A stretch of 64,000 nucleotides of DNA from an uncultured Candidatus Saccharibacteria bacterium (GCA_964615725.1 CAZTPW010000001.1:18700-82699); one strand, 5' to 3'. Numbered from the stretch's first letter, positions 20,356-29,478 are shown. Notes: generated from the letters alone by a model not told the origin. Program-made: numbers and translations.

Positions 20356-21273
20356 TTACGTGTGCTTGCGCCGAGCAACGATCACAACATTGCGTAACCT
20401 GTCACCGCGACGGTGGGAAAAAAGAGCTTGGTTTGTGTATGTGTCGAGCCCACACCCAAGACTGACGTCTGTCTGAACGTTGTTCGACGGTATCCTGAGG
20501 TGACGACACTGGAGGGCGAAGATTCGCCGAAGGTCGAGGGCGCCGTGATCAGGGTTTCCAACGATACACTCCCGATCAAACTGTTCAATGACTCGGTTCA
20601 CAAGTTCCTTGTTCCTCGCTCCATACTGAGGGTGATTGGCTTGATGCAAAAAATGCTCCGGCTTAATCCCCCAGCCGACAAACGCCCTCACTCGCCGCAA
20701 TGGGAAGTTGCCCTGAAGGCCAGAGAGCAAGCGTTCGAGCATCGCATGAGCGATGTTGGTAAAAGCACCGTGCGTGCGGTGCGGAAGCAGGTTATCACGA
20801 CTGACATGGGCCGCGACAATTTTTCCACGATGTGCTCCATCGTGGATATACATCACACCGAGACAACAATCGGCTGGTTTGAAGAGGTACGCACTGCCCG
20901 GCTCAAGTGACACACCGTCCGCGGTGTGCTGTTTGTACACCTTGATATCACCGACCTTGAAAGAGTGAGGGCTGCAGAAATCAGTGTCAGGATAAACACC
21001 AACACCATGGTTGGGTGTCGGTATGAGTGCCCGCTTAACTGAAGGAACCCGACCGTAGATATGACTGAGTGCCAGCGCACTCCCATCATTCCCCGACCAG
21101 TTGGTTGGCACTGGGGGCGTCCCTTCCAGACCGTAAATTCCTGCATAGAAAGCTGCGGTACCATTGAGCTTTGGACCAAAGTCAATTGAGAGGACCGGCA
21201 TCGGTTTGTTGTCCGTACCGTAAACTTTTTGATGTTGCATATGGGGATCGTTTTTTGTTTTGTTGTGAGGCAC
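20356..21273 (-). CDS. Hypothetical enzyme-like protein (305 aa), distinctly GC-rich; His-rich motifs, function not assignable
   Basis: Long intact ORF with its own terminator. Motifs MYIHDGAHRG and HVSRDNLLPHRTHG suggest a metal-dependent hydrolase, but no family could be recognised by eye. Confidence 0.5.
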   Translation of the reverse strand: MPHNKTKNDPHMQHQKVYGTDNKPMPVLSIDFGPKLNGTAAFYAGIYGLEGTPPVPTNWSGNDGSALALSHIYGRVPSVKRALIPTPNHGVGVYPDTDFCSPHSFKVGDIKVYKQHTADGVSLEPGSAYLFKPADCCLGVMYIHDGAHRGKIVAAHVSRDNLLPHRTHGAFTNIAHAMLERLLSGLQGNFPLRRVRAFVGWGIKPEHFLHQANHPQYGARNKELVNRVIEQFDRECIVGNPDHGALDLRRIFALQCRHLRIPSNNVQTDVSLGCGLDTYTNQALFSHRRGDRLRNVVIVARRKHT

Positions 21274-21331
21274 ATTTCAATGTGCAAATCGGCTCACACT
21301 GTATCATGCTTTTTATAAACCGTCAATTTAC

Positions 21332-23641
21332 CTACTTAGCAAACTCAACACCTTGATCGAATGAAATTGAGAGAAGTTTTGAAACCCCATCGCCACCCAT
21401 CGTCACCCCGTAGAGCACACCGGCTCGAGACATGGTCTCGCGGTTGTGAGTAATGAGAATAAGCTGAGAATATTGTGAAAGATTTTCAATCATATCGCCA
21501 TATTTGCGGGAGTTCGCCTCGTCGAGTGCAGCATCGGTTTCATCGAGAATAATAAAAGGGGGTGGGTTGACCTGAGACATAGCAAAAAGTAAAGCGATCG
21601 AAGTGAGCGCTCGCTCCCCTCCTGAAAGCATAACGAGACCTTTGATTTTTTTGTGTGGAAGTGAAATAGCAATGTCGATTCCCTCTTTTTGAGGTTCGTC
21701 ATCATCGTCAGAACCAGCACCTTCTTCCATCGCTGCGAGGGCGCCGGAGCCGTCGAGGTCATTTAAGGCATCGTAGTCCGAACGACGGCGCTTCTTTTCT
21801 TCTTTCACAAGGTTGAGCGAAGCAGAACCACCACCGAACATGAGTCCGAAAAATTCATTGAAGCGTTCGTTGATCTTGGCTATACCCTCCCGGAATTCAT
21901 TATTTAATTTTTCTTCGAGCTCGCGAATGAGTTGTTTGAGTGATTCAGCTGATTTCTCGAGATCAGTAATCTCCCGCATCAAAAATGCATCGCGTTCTTC
22001 TGATTCGCGGAATTCTTTCATGACATCTTCGGTGGCACCAGCGGCGCCAAATTCTTCGAGACGGATTTTGATTTTCTCAATCGCTCGGCGGCGTTCAATC
22101 TGGAAGCTACGATCACGAAGATCGATATCAAGTGACGATTGGTCGACTGATGCTTGCTCATAAGCAACAGCTTCACGGCCAACAAGCATTCCAGCTTCAC
22201 CGAGTTCACGTTTAAAATCCTCGTTTTCAATGGTAAGACGATCTTCAATACCTTTTATTCTCGCTAAAATGGTATGAATCTCGCTTTGACGAGCCATGAT
22301 TTTAAGGATGACTTTTTCTGCTTCGAGGCCTCCCTCTTTCTGCTTTTCAATGTCGATTTTGAGGTTGTTGTATTGATCCTGGAGTGATCGCTCGCGCACC
22401 GCAATGTCGGCAAGATTTTTTTCGATAGTGGTTTTTTGTTTGAGAAGATTGTCTCGATCCTGCAGTAGTTGAGTTTTTTCTGTGTCGTCAGTTTTTGTCT
22501 TAAACGTCTGAATGAATGAGGTAAATGAAGAACGAATTTTTCCTAGAACAGAACGCACGCCGCCAAGATCTTCGAGAATCTCGGCTTCGCGGACAAGTTG
22601 ATCAATAACACCAGCAAGTGACTGTACGTCGCGGAGATATACGGTTTTTGTATCTTCAATGAGTGCGGCCTGCTCGATACGTTTTAATGATCGATCAATA
22701 CCTGAAATCTCTCCCTCAATGTGGCCGATATCGCGATGGAGCGCGTCTTTTGATATACGCTCTGATGTGAGTTTTTGCTCAAGGGCAAGGAGATCTTGAG
22801 AGTGACCTCCCTGCTCTCCTGCCTTTTGTGATGCTTGAAGGGTGGCGCGCGCCTTTTCAAGCTCCTGCTCAAGCTGCTTGAGCTCCGCTTGTGGCGCGCG
22901 CTTCTCTTGCTCAACAACATCTTTCTGATGCTTTAGATAAAAATGCTCACGGTGAAAATACTCTCGATACTGCGCTCGAAGGGCGTCTTTCGTTTCACGA
23001 GCTTTTTCAAGCTTTTCAACCTGCTTTCGCAAAAACTTCAGATGGGGCGCGAGTTCACGACGTAGCGACTCAACTTGCTTGATATTCTCTTCGGTCTTTT
23101 CGAGCTTTTTCTCTGACTCGGTTCGCTTGTACTGATAGATTTTCAAACCAAGAGCATCCTCGATCATTTCGCGTCGCTCTTTGATATTTGCATTCAAAAT
23201 TCGGTCAGCTTCACCCTGAGAAATAATATGGTGACCTGTTGCACCGATGTGTGCACCAGCCAAAAGCTCAACAACATCACGCAATCGCACGAGTGATCCG
23301 TTGATAAAATATTCATTTGAAGAATCGCGATGTACTACACGCTCAATCACCACTTCATCAAAATCCATCGACAAAACACGGCGACGATTATCAAAGACTA
23401 CTTTCACACTCGCTCGATTCATTTTTCCAACTTTATTGGAACCATTGAAAATAAGATCCTCACCCCGCTTACCTCGCATCGACTTAATCGACTGCTCACC
23501 AAGCACAAAACGGAACGATTCTGCAACGTTGGACTTTCCAGAACCATTCGGCCCAACAATAGCCGTAATCGGGGACGTAAAATCAAGCGTCCCTTTCTTG
23601 GCAAATGACTTAAATCCGGAGATCTCGAGCGATTTCAGCAT
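21332..23641 (-). CDS. smc: SMC-family chromosome-segregation ATPase, unusually short (769 aa)
   Basis: N-terminal Walker A FKSFAKKGTLDFTSPITAIVGPNGSGKSN. Long coiled-coil. C-terminal signature LSGGERALTSIALLFA and Walker B ILDETDAALD. No obvious hinge (GxxGxG) block. Confidence 0.75.
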   Translation of the reverse strand: MLKSLEISGFKSFAKKGTLDFTSPITAIVGPNGSGKSNVAESFRFVLGEQSIKSMRGKRGEDLIFNGSNKVGKMNRASVKVVFDNRRRVLSMDFDEVVIERVVHRDSSNEYFINGSLVRLRDVVELLAGAHIGATGHHIISQGEADRILNANIKERREMIEDALGLKIYQYKRTESEKKLEKTEENIKQVESLRRELAPHLKFLRKQVEKLEKARETKDALRAQYREYFHREHFYLKHQKDVVEQEKRAPQAELKQLEQELEKARATLQASQKAGEQGGHSQDLLALEQKLTSERISKDALHRDIGHIEGEISGIDRSLKRIEQAALIEDTKTVYLRDVQSLAGVIDQLVREAEILEDLGGVRSVLGKIRSSFTSFIQTFKTKTDDTEKTQLLQDRDNLLKQKTTIEKNLADIAVRERSLQDQYNNLKIDIEKQKEGGLEAEKVILKIMARQSEIHTILARIKGIEDRLTIENEDFKRELGEAGMLVGREAVAYEQASVDQSSLDIDLRDRSFQIERRRAIEKIKIRLEEFGAAGATEDVMKEFRESEERDAFLMREITDLEKSAESLKQLIRELEEKLNNEFREGIAKINERFNEFFGLMFGGGSASLNLVKEEKKRRRSDYDALNDLDGSGALAAMEEGAGSDDDDEPQKEGIDIAISLPHKKIKGLVMLSGGERALTSIALLFAMSQVNPPPFIILDETDAALDEANSRKYGDMIENLSQYSQLILITHNRETMSRAGVLYGVTMGGDGVSKLLSISFDQGVEFAK

Positions 23642-23675
23642 GGTAGTATGTGTGTTTATTTTACCTTAGTTTGAG

Positions 23676-24386
23676 GTGGAGAAAAAGCTCTGCGTTGGGG
23701 TATACTGGGGTATGCAACAGAACGCGGTCCGTATTGAAGAATCCTGGAAGCGCCATCTCCATACTGAATTCTCAAAAGAGTACTTTCAATTGCTTTCGGC
23801 TTTTGTGCGTGATGAATACAAGCATCACACGATATATCCGAGCCCCAAAGACATTTTTCGAGCCTTTGACCTCTGCCCCTTCGAACACGTCAACGTCGTT
23901 ATTATCGGTCAGGACCCCTATCATGGACCGGATCAAGCGAATGGACTTTCTTTTGCTGTACACGAAGGAGTTCGTCTTCCGCCATCACTTCAAAATATTT
24001 TCAAAGAAATTACAAGCGACCTCGGCATCACACCAAACACTCATGGCGACCTCTCACGCTGGGCCGAGCAGGGTGTCCTTCTCCTCAATGCCACCCTCAC
24101 GGTCCGCGCCAATACCCCTGGCTCACACCAGAAAAAAGGTTGGGAGGAATTTACCGATGCGGCGATCAAGGCTTTGTCAGATGGGCGTGAAAATCTCGTC
24201 TTTATCCTTTGGGGAAATTATGCAAAGCACAAAGGTGCAATAATCGACCGAAAGAAACACTATGTCATTGAATCTCCTCACCCATCACCATTTTCAGCAC
24301 ACCAAGGATTTTTTGGCTCAAAACCTTTTAGCAAAACGAATGAATACCTTTTGAGACAAGGAAAAACGCCGATCGATTGGCGTTGA
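23676..24386 (+). CDS. ung: Uracil-DNA glycosylase, family 1
   Basis: VIIGQDPYHGPDQANGLSFAV and the HPSPLS-like C-terminus. The start is either GTG 23676 or ATG 23712. Confidence 0.92.
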   Translation: MEKKLCVGVYWGMQQNAVRIEESWKRHLHTEFSKEYFQLLSAFVRDEYKHHTIYPSPKDIFRAFDLCPFEHVNVVIIGQDPYHGPDQANGLSFAVHEGVRLPPSLQNIFKEITSDLGITPNTHGDLSRWAEQGVLLLNATLTVRANTPGSHQKKGWEEFTDAAIKALSDGRENLVFILWGNYAKHKGAIIDRKKHYVIESPHPSPFSAHQGFFGSKPFSKTNEYLLRQGKTPIDWR

Positions 24387-24410
24387 TTCCTTCACCTAGT
24401 GCACTAGGAC

Positions 24411-25325
24411 CTACTTACACGAAACGAGCTTGAGAGTGAGTGATGATGACTCAGTGTTACCGCCCACTGCAAATGTCACAGTATTGGCTGTTGGCTCGAC
24501 AACACGAATACGAAATGATCCAGAGCCAGTCTGATTGATTGCTACAGGGGTCGGAATGACTTCATCAACAATATATGGGGCGAGCGTGCCTGTGGTGCGG
24601 ACTGATCGAAGTGTTGCGAGGTATGGAGTGTCTGGGTTGACGGTATATTCAAAATTGAGGTTTGTTGCGCCCGAGCACGCTGCAGGAAGTGTGAGGGTTA
24701 TGCGACCATCAGCTTGATGTACTGGTGAATTTAAGAGAGTTGAATACCCTGTTGCAGTTTTTGTAAGGTATGGCTCAGAATAAAAACTGACGTATCGAGT
24801 AAACTTTGCAAGTGGGCCATCACAAGGGGTACTCGCAAGTCGACATGCTGAATAATACACATGGTTTACGGTAACCCAACCTGAGACGGAAGGGGCGCTA
24901 CCATTTCCTATACCAAGCGATGATGTTGCGGTCCACGATGCAATACCCTGAGCATCTGATGTGAGAATTTTCCCTGCCCCTTGTGATCCATCAATGATCT
25001 GAACTTTTCCTGAAAGGCCGCCTGTCGTTGTGCCAACCTGAAGTGCTATATCGCCTGCAAAGTTTGGATACAGGAGTGTTTGACCAAAGACCTTGAGACC
25101 AACTGAATAGGGATTGCTGGTATTTGTGTTGAGAAAAAGTGCCCCCGTTTTTGCTTGTGCAGTATTTGAAACATTGATAGGTGCTGGAGCATTATTAGCA
25201 GGAGCAACAGTACCTGCGGGTGGATAGGTAAAGGTGCTTTGCGCCTGAAGTGCAGCTACACCCACGACGATAAGGAGGGCTACGATAATGCTCTTAAGGT
25301 GTGTCACCGAGCGAACATATTTCAT
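24411..25325 (-). CDS. Secreted/cell-surface protein (signal peptide; Thr/Ser/Gly/Ala-rich beta-type domain)
   Basis: N-terminal signal peptide MKYVRSVTHLKSIIVALLIVVGVAALQA. No enzymatic motif. Confidence 0.5.
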   Translation of the reverse strand: MKYVRSVTHLKSIIVALLIVVGVAALQAQSTFTYPPAGTVAPANNAPAPINVSNTAQAKTGALFLNTNTSNPYSVGLKVFGQTLLYPNFAGDIALQVGTTTGGLSGKVQIIDGSQGAGKILTSDAQGIASWTATSSLGIGNGSAPSVSGWVTVNHVYYSACRLASTPCDGPLAKFTRYVSFYSEPYLTKTATGYSTLLNSPVHQADGRITLTLPAACSGATNLNFEYTVNPDTPYLATLRSVRTTGTLAPYIVDEVIPTPVAINQTGSGSFRIRVVEPTANTVTFAVGGNTESSSLTLKLVSCK

Positions 25326-25349
25326 ATATATGATGTTTAGATATAAAAA

Positions 25350-25372
25350 GGGGCAGCTTTGTGGCTGCCCCT
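25350..25372. other. Perfect 9-bp hairpin (GGGGCAGC-TTTGT-GGCTGCCCC) in the 5' leader/divergent region
   Basis: Read directly from the sequence. It is flanked by A-run/T-run sequence and is terminator-like, yet it sits upstream of the gene start. Confidence 0.4.
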
Positions 25373-25570
25373 CTATTATACCCCTTTATCAGGATTGTCG
25401 CCCAAGTTATCCACTTCATACTAAATTCTATTTACATCTTTGGGTAAGATTGACAAGGTATGATTTTCTAGGTACTTTTTAGACCTCGCTTCCTGACTGT
25501 ATTTGAGTCTAGGCGAGTGCCTAGTTCTTTGAAATGCGGTGGGTTGCTTCCCACAACTCCAAAATAAACT

Positions 25571-26503
25571 ATGCATCTACAACGAAAGTACGGCGGCCAT
25601 CAGTTGAGTGGTCCCGGTATCTTGCCTGCAAACTCAGCATTCACCCTCGGTCGCTTTGCGAAAACATTGCGAAATAACGGAGGTTCGGTGATTGACCTCG
25701 GACTCGGAACGCCCTTGAATGGCCTGACTACCGAAGAAACCGCTGGCACACTCCTGCGTCACGGAATCAGCCATGTTGTCGGCACCGTCTTCTTCCCGGG
25801 TGATGAAAGCCTCGGCAATCCTGCCACGGAAAAAGGGATGGTGTTGGCGTTGGAAAATTTTGACCGCGCCATCGACTATGCGCTCGATCTTCGTCGCCAC
25901 CACATCACCGTCAGCAAGATTGCGGGGCCATCCGGCTTCTGTGTTGGCTATGACTATCGTACCGAATTCCCTGCCGGAATCACTGCACAGGTAGCGAGGT
26001 TCTACCAGCGCCTTAAACCGCGTCTCGATGACAATGGGCTGATGGTGGTGCTTGAATACCTCCGGCCTGGTGAAAGCATTGGTGCGATCAGCAGTGTTGA
26101 CGATGTTCGTGCCGTTCACAATGCTGTTGGCGGACGGACCGTTCTCTGGCATTTTGATACGGTTCACACACAAGCTTATGACCGAGACATCTTCGAGGAT
26201 CTCACTACGGGCGGAGATATTCTTGGTTACGTTCATGCTCATGGTCCCCTTCGCATCCCTGCTGGTGGGGAAAATATTTTTGACCCAACTGGTGTGTGTC
26301 TGAGGGATTGCACGGACTGGGTACAATTTGCTGAAACACTTGATGGTGTGGGCTACGCTGGTGAAGTGGTAACCGAACCCTTCAGTCGGCAAACCCGTCA
26401 GCAGATTCCTCCGCTCGGTGAAGGTTTGCCTCATCCGGTGCAACCCCGCGAACACCTGCGAATCACCCGCTCCACGTTCAAGAAAGCTGGCGTGATCGGT
26501 TGA
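25571..26503 (+). CDS. Xylose-isomerase-like TIM-barrel protein (sugar phosphate isomerase/epimerase or AP-endonuclease-2 fold), GC-rich
   Basis: The pattern of conserved acidic and His residues (VLEYLRPGE, GYVHAHG, WHFDTVH) is typical of this fold. About 55% GC versus about 45% for the window. The assignment is tentative. Confidence 0.4.
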   Translation: MHLQRKYGGHQLSGPGILPANSAFTLGRFAKTLRNNGGSVIDLGLGTPLNGLTTEETAGTLLRHGISHVVGTVFFPGDESLGNPATEKGMVLALENFDRAIDYALDLRRHHITVSKIAGPSGFCVGYDYRTEFPAGITAQVARFYQRLKPRLDDNGLMVVLEYLRPGESIGAISSVDDVRAVHNAVGGRTVLWHFDTVHTQAYDRDIFEDLTTGGDILGYVHAHGPLRIPAGGENIFDPTGVCLRDCTDWVQFAETLDGVGYAGEVVTEPFSRQTRQQIPPLGEGLPHPVQPREHLRITRSTFKKAGVIG

Positions 26504-26537
26504 ACTGCCACGATCTGGGATAATCTCGAAAAACAAA

Positions 26538-26567
26538 CAGCCACCGTACCCAGACGGTGGCTTTTTT
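26538..26567. terminator. Bidirectional intrinsic terminator (AGCCACCGT-ACCCAGA-CGGTGGCT followed by TTTTTT)
   Basis: Lies between the convergent TIM-barrel gene and rnc. Confidence 0.8.
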
Positions 26568-26582
26568 CTATCTATTTTTTCG

Positions 26583-27272
26583 CTACCAACCCATCACAGT
26601 GAGGCCTGAAGTAGCAGCCTTTTGCTCTGCTTCCTGCTTTGACTTCCCTTCGCCCTCTGAGATTTTCTTGTCGCGAATAAATAACCCAACAGTGAAAGAT
26701 TTGTCGTGATCGGGACCGTTTTCACGGATGACTTTGTAAACGGGGGTGATGCCCTCAACCTCCTGAGCTTTTTCTTGAAATGCGCTTTTTGCATCAACCC
26801 ATGATTTCTTTGCAACAATTTCGTCAATCATGAAAAGAATATGCTCTTCGATGAATCGAGCCACTATATCATATCCTTGGTCGAGATAGATGGCACCGAT
26901 GAGTGATTCGATAGCATTCGCAAGAATGTACTGTCGCGCCTTACCTTGATCCTTTTTCTCACCACGTGAAAGGAGGAGAAATCCTTCCATACCGAGATTT
27001 GCACCAACTTGGGCAAGGGTTGTGGCATTTACAAGTGCGGAACGAAATGCAGTAAGCTCACCTTCGTTGCTCTTTGGATATTTTTTAAAAAGAAATGCTG
27101 TTGAAACGAGCTCAAGAACAGCGTCACCCAAAAATTCGAGGCGCTCATTATGCTCGAGGTGTGAGCCTTTATTTTCATTGATATAAGAACGGTGCACAAA
27201 AGCCTGACGCAAAAGTGCTTTATCTTGAAAGGTGATTTTGATTTTTAATTCAAATTGACTGAAATCGTTCAT
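26583..27272 (-). CDS. rnc: Ribonuclease III
   Basis: ERLEFLGDAVLELV signature plus a C-terminal dsRBD. Confidence 0.95.
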   Translation of the reverse strand: MNDFSQFELKIKITFQDKALLRQAFVHRSYINENKGSHLEHNERLEFLGDAVLELVSTAFLFKKYPKSNEGELTAFRSALVNATTLAQVGANLGMEGFLLLSRGEKKDQGKARQYILANAIESLIGAIYLDQGYDIVARFIEEHILFMIDEIVAKKSWVDAKSAFQEKAQEVEGITPVYKVIRENGPDHDKSFTVGLFIRDKKISEGEGKSKQEAEQKAATSGLTVMGW

Positions 27273-27307
27273 AGTAGGTTGGCTTTGAAAGCCTTTTGCT
27301 GGCGAGA

Positions 27308-28207
27308 TTACTTATTGCCCAAGAGACCGTTTACTGCCTTTGTCACGAGAGGAAGAATATCATTGTAAAAGTTTAGGTCAAGAATTTCATTGAGCTTGAA
27401 CCAGCGTGCATCATCGAGACCTCCAGACTTCTGGAATGGCATTTCCATGTAAGGCGCCTCGGCGAGATAGTACATAACCTGCTTTTTAATCTTGCCTTTT
27501 TCTGGATCTGAAGCGATGTATTCGTTGCTACCAAGTTCTTCACCGACTGAAATAAGATCCAAGCCCATTTCTTTTTTGATAACACGGATCACTGCCTGCT
27601 GATCGGTCTCACCCGGCTCGAAGTGTCCTTTTGAAAGGGTCCAGTGTCCAAAAATATCATGCACGAGACCGAGATAGATTTCCTCGCCATGTCGAGCGTA
27701 GACCACCGCCCCGCCAAGTTTTTCAATAGGAAGATTTTTGAGGTCGACCTGCTTGCTCTTTGGCTTTGAAACATTGTCTTTGCCTGGCTCACCGATTTCC
27801 TTGTAAACAGAACCGAGTACTCCGTTGACGAATTTACCGCTGTTTTCACCGCCGAAGGTTTTTGCGAGTTCGATTGCTTCGTTGATTGCTACTTTTGCTG
27901 GCACTTCATTTCGATCTGAAAAAAGGAGTTCGTAGAGACCGATTCTGAGAATGTTTCGGTCGACGATTGAGATTTTTTCAATAGGCCACTCAGGAGCGGC
28001 TTTTTCGATAATTGTGTCGAGCTCGGGACGCTTTTTGATGATGCTTTCTGCGAGATTGGTGACAAACGAAAAATCGCTCATACCTGGAGCGAATTCCGCT
28101 GCATTGCGAGTCAATGTTTCTTTTACATCAATTTCTTTTTGACCTCGAAAGTCCCACTCAAAGAGTGATTGCATTACAATGGAACGAGCTAGATGTCTAT
28201 TTGCCAT
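27308..28207 (-). CDS. nusB: NusB (transcription antitermination factor) fused to a C-terminal NUDIX hydrolase domain
   Basis: The N-terminal ~140 aa is NusB-like (IVMQSLFEW...NEAIELAKTFGGENSGKFVNGVLG). The C-terminus carries a Nudix box GHFEPGETDQQAVIRVIKKEMGL (Gx5Ex7R[E/V]xxEExG). Confidence 0.75.
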   Translation of the reverse strand: MANRHLARSIVMQSLFEWDFRGQKEIDVKETLTRNAAEFAPGMSDFSFVTNLAESIIKKRPELDTIIEKAAPEWPIEKISIVDRNILRIGLYELLFSDRNEVPAKVAINEAIELAKTFGGENSGKFVNGVLGSVYKEIGEPGKDNVSKPKSKQVDLKNLPIEKLGGAVVYARHGEEIYLGLVHDIFGHWTLSKGHFEPGETDQQAVIRVIKKEMGLDLISVGEELGSNEYIASDPEKGKIKKQVMYYLAEAPYMEMPFQKSGGLDDARWFKLNEILDLNFYNDILPLVTKAVNGLLGNK

Positions 28208-28261
28208 GTGTATTGTTTAAGAAATTGATTTTCAAAGAAATAATGTGCTCAATGGGTGATG

Positions 28262-28486
28262 CTATTTTGCTTCCCCTCGTGCCGCAAGCTTTTTCTGCTT
28301 TTTGGCCATTTTTGCTACAATATCGATCACCTGTCGGCCTCGATATTTGCCAGTCTCAGCGCTTGCGCGATGTCGCTGGTGCATTGTTCCTGTTTCTTTG
28401 TCGAGCGTCAATCGAACGCCTTCGAGCGCATGATGCGATCGTCGGTTTCCGGTGTGGGCTCGTGTATGTCTCATTCGTACAACCAT
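28262..28486 (-). CDS. rpmF: 50S ribosomal protein L32
   Basis: [23 protein letters not shown]...GKYRGRQV. Confidence 0.9.
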   Translation of the reverse strand: MVVRMRHTRAHTGNRRSHHALEGVRLTLDKETGTMHQRHRASAETGKYRGRQVIDIVAKMAKKQKKLAARGEAK

Positions 28487-28565
28487 AGTGGTATGTACTG
28501 TACCCTATTTTGCTTTTTTTTGCAAGGTTTTTCAGGAATTTTATGAAAAAGTGGAAGAACGAAAA

Positions 28566-28592
28566 AGGCGCGCGGCTTTCGCACGCGCGCCC
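28566..28592 (-). terminator. Intrinsic terminator (GGCGCGCG-...-CGCGCGCC followed by TTTTT on the minus strand)
   Basis: Lies downstream of the membrane-protein gene. It is nearly identical in design to the hairpin at 29445-29472. Confidence 0.75.
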
Positions 28593-28603
28593 AAGTGCTC
28601 CCA

Positions 28604-29377
28604 CTAATCAGCATAGGTGGTCTCAACTGCGCCCCACATGGTACGCCAACCAATTCGATGGAGAGCGAACAGGAGTACGCCACACATCAGGGTGGATCGG
28701 ATGGCGTACACATACGCCAGAGCGTCATGTTTGAGGTGCGCCGTGTAGATTGCGATGACGCTGGCAATAAAGACACACCACCAGAGAAGGACCGATTCCT
28801 TGTGAGAATCAGCTCGCCACACCTTTTGGATGTTAACGATATACGCAACGACCATCAGGGCTTGGGTCAGGATATTCGGCACGAAGCCGGTTTTTCCGAA
28901 CCCAAACTTGACGATAACCCACACCAAGGCGATGATCGCCGAGATGACGAGGCACCAGACCTGAAACGGCGTGAACTTCGTGACAACGTTCTCTTTAAGG
29001 TTCATATAGAGGGTTGAGAAGAAGATCGCCAAAATCGTAACGGTGCTGGTGATGTTTAATGCGCCACCGACCAAGCTGTGGTTAGATGATGTCCAGTACG
29101 TGCCCGCTGAAAGCAGGATTGCTGTGCCATTGATGATCCACGAAGCGAGGATGGGTTTGACCGTCCCCCGCAAGATGCAGATCACGCCCCAGATCGTTCC
29201 GAGTGTGACGATAACGCTGGAAGAGATCGCACTGATTTCTGCCGGTTGAAGTTGAATCGAGTTCAAGGTAAGTCCCTTGGTTGTGGCCTTACGGCCTAGG
29301 TTGAGGTTGTGGAAGTTTTTATAAAAGAACCTTCCTATGTCATGTACTATTATATAATATAATAGTATAAAAGTCAA
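28604..29377 (-). CDS. Polytopic integral membrane protein (~6 TM), function unknown
   Basis: Multiple hydrophobic helices. The start is uncertain. Confidence 0.5.
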   Translation of the reverse strand: MTFILLYYIIVHDIGRFFYKNFHNLNLGRKATTKGLTLNSIQLQPAEISAISSSVIVTLGTIWGVICILRGTVKPILASWIINGTAILLSAGTYWTSSNHSLVGGALNITSTVTILAIFFSTLYMNLKENVVTKFTPFQVWCLVISAIIALVWVIVKFGFGKTGFVPNILTQALMVVAYIVNIQKVWRADSHKESVLLWWCVFIASVIAIYTAHLKHDALAYVYAIRSTLMCGVLLFALHRIGWRTMWGAVETTYAD

Positions 29378-29444
29378 TGTTTTAGCTATCCCTTGAAAGC
29401 CTTATAGCTAGCCTTATTTTTGATCATAATAAAAAAGGCGCGCG

Positions 29445-29472
29445 TGCCTTTCGGACACGCGCGTTGCAAAAA
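29445..29472 (-). terminator. Intrinsic terminator (GCGCGTG-TCCGAAAGG-CACGCGC followed by TTTTTT on the minus strand)
   Basis: Immediately downstream of the 75-aa ORF. Confidence 0.75.
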
Positions 29473-29478
29473 GAGAGT

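Noticed and set aside
20356-21273. Assigning the 305-aa GC-rich protein to arginase/formiminoglutamase, creatininase or PgeF families
   Set aside because: Their diagnostic motifs (GGDHS/DAHxD/SxDxDxxDP, or H-x-G-W-R-G) are not present. It is left as unknown.
25288-25482. 64-aa plus-strand ORF in the divergent region upstream of the TIM-barrel gene
   Set aside because: It overlaps the start of the secreted-protein gene and the hairpin, with no ribosome-binding site. It is probably non-coding leader.
28114-28734. Plus-strand ORFs overlapping rpmF and the terminator region (124, 96 and 74 aa)
   Set aside because: They are antisense to L32 and span terminator hairpins. No ribosome-binding site is present.
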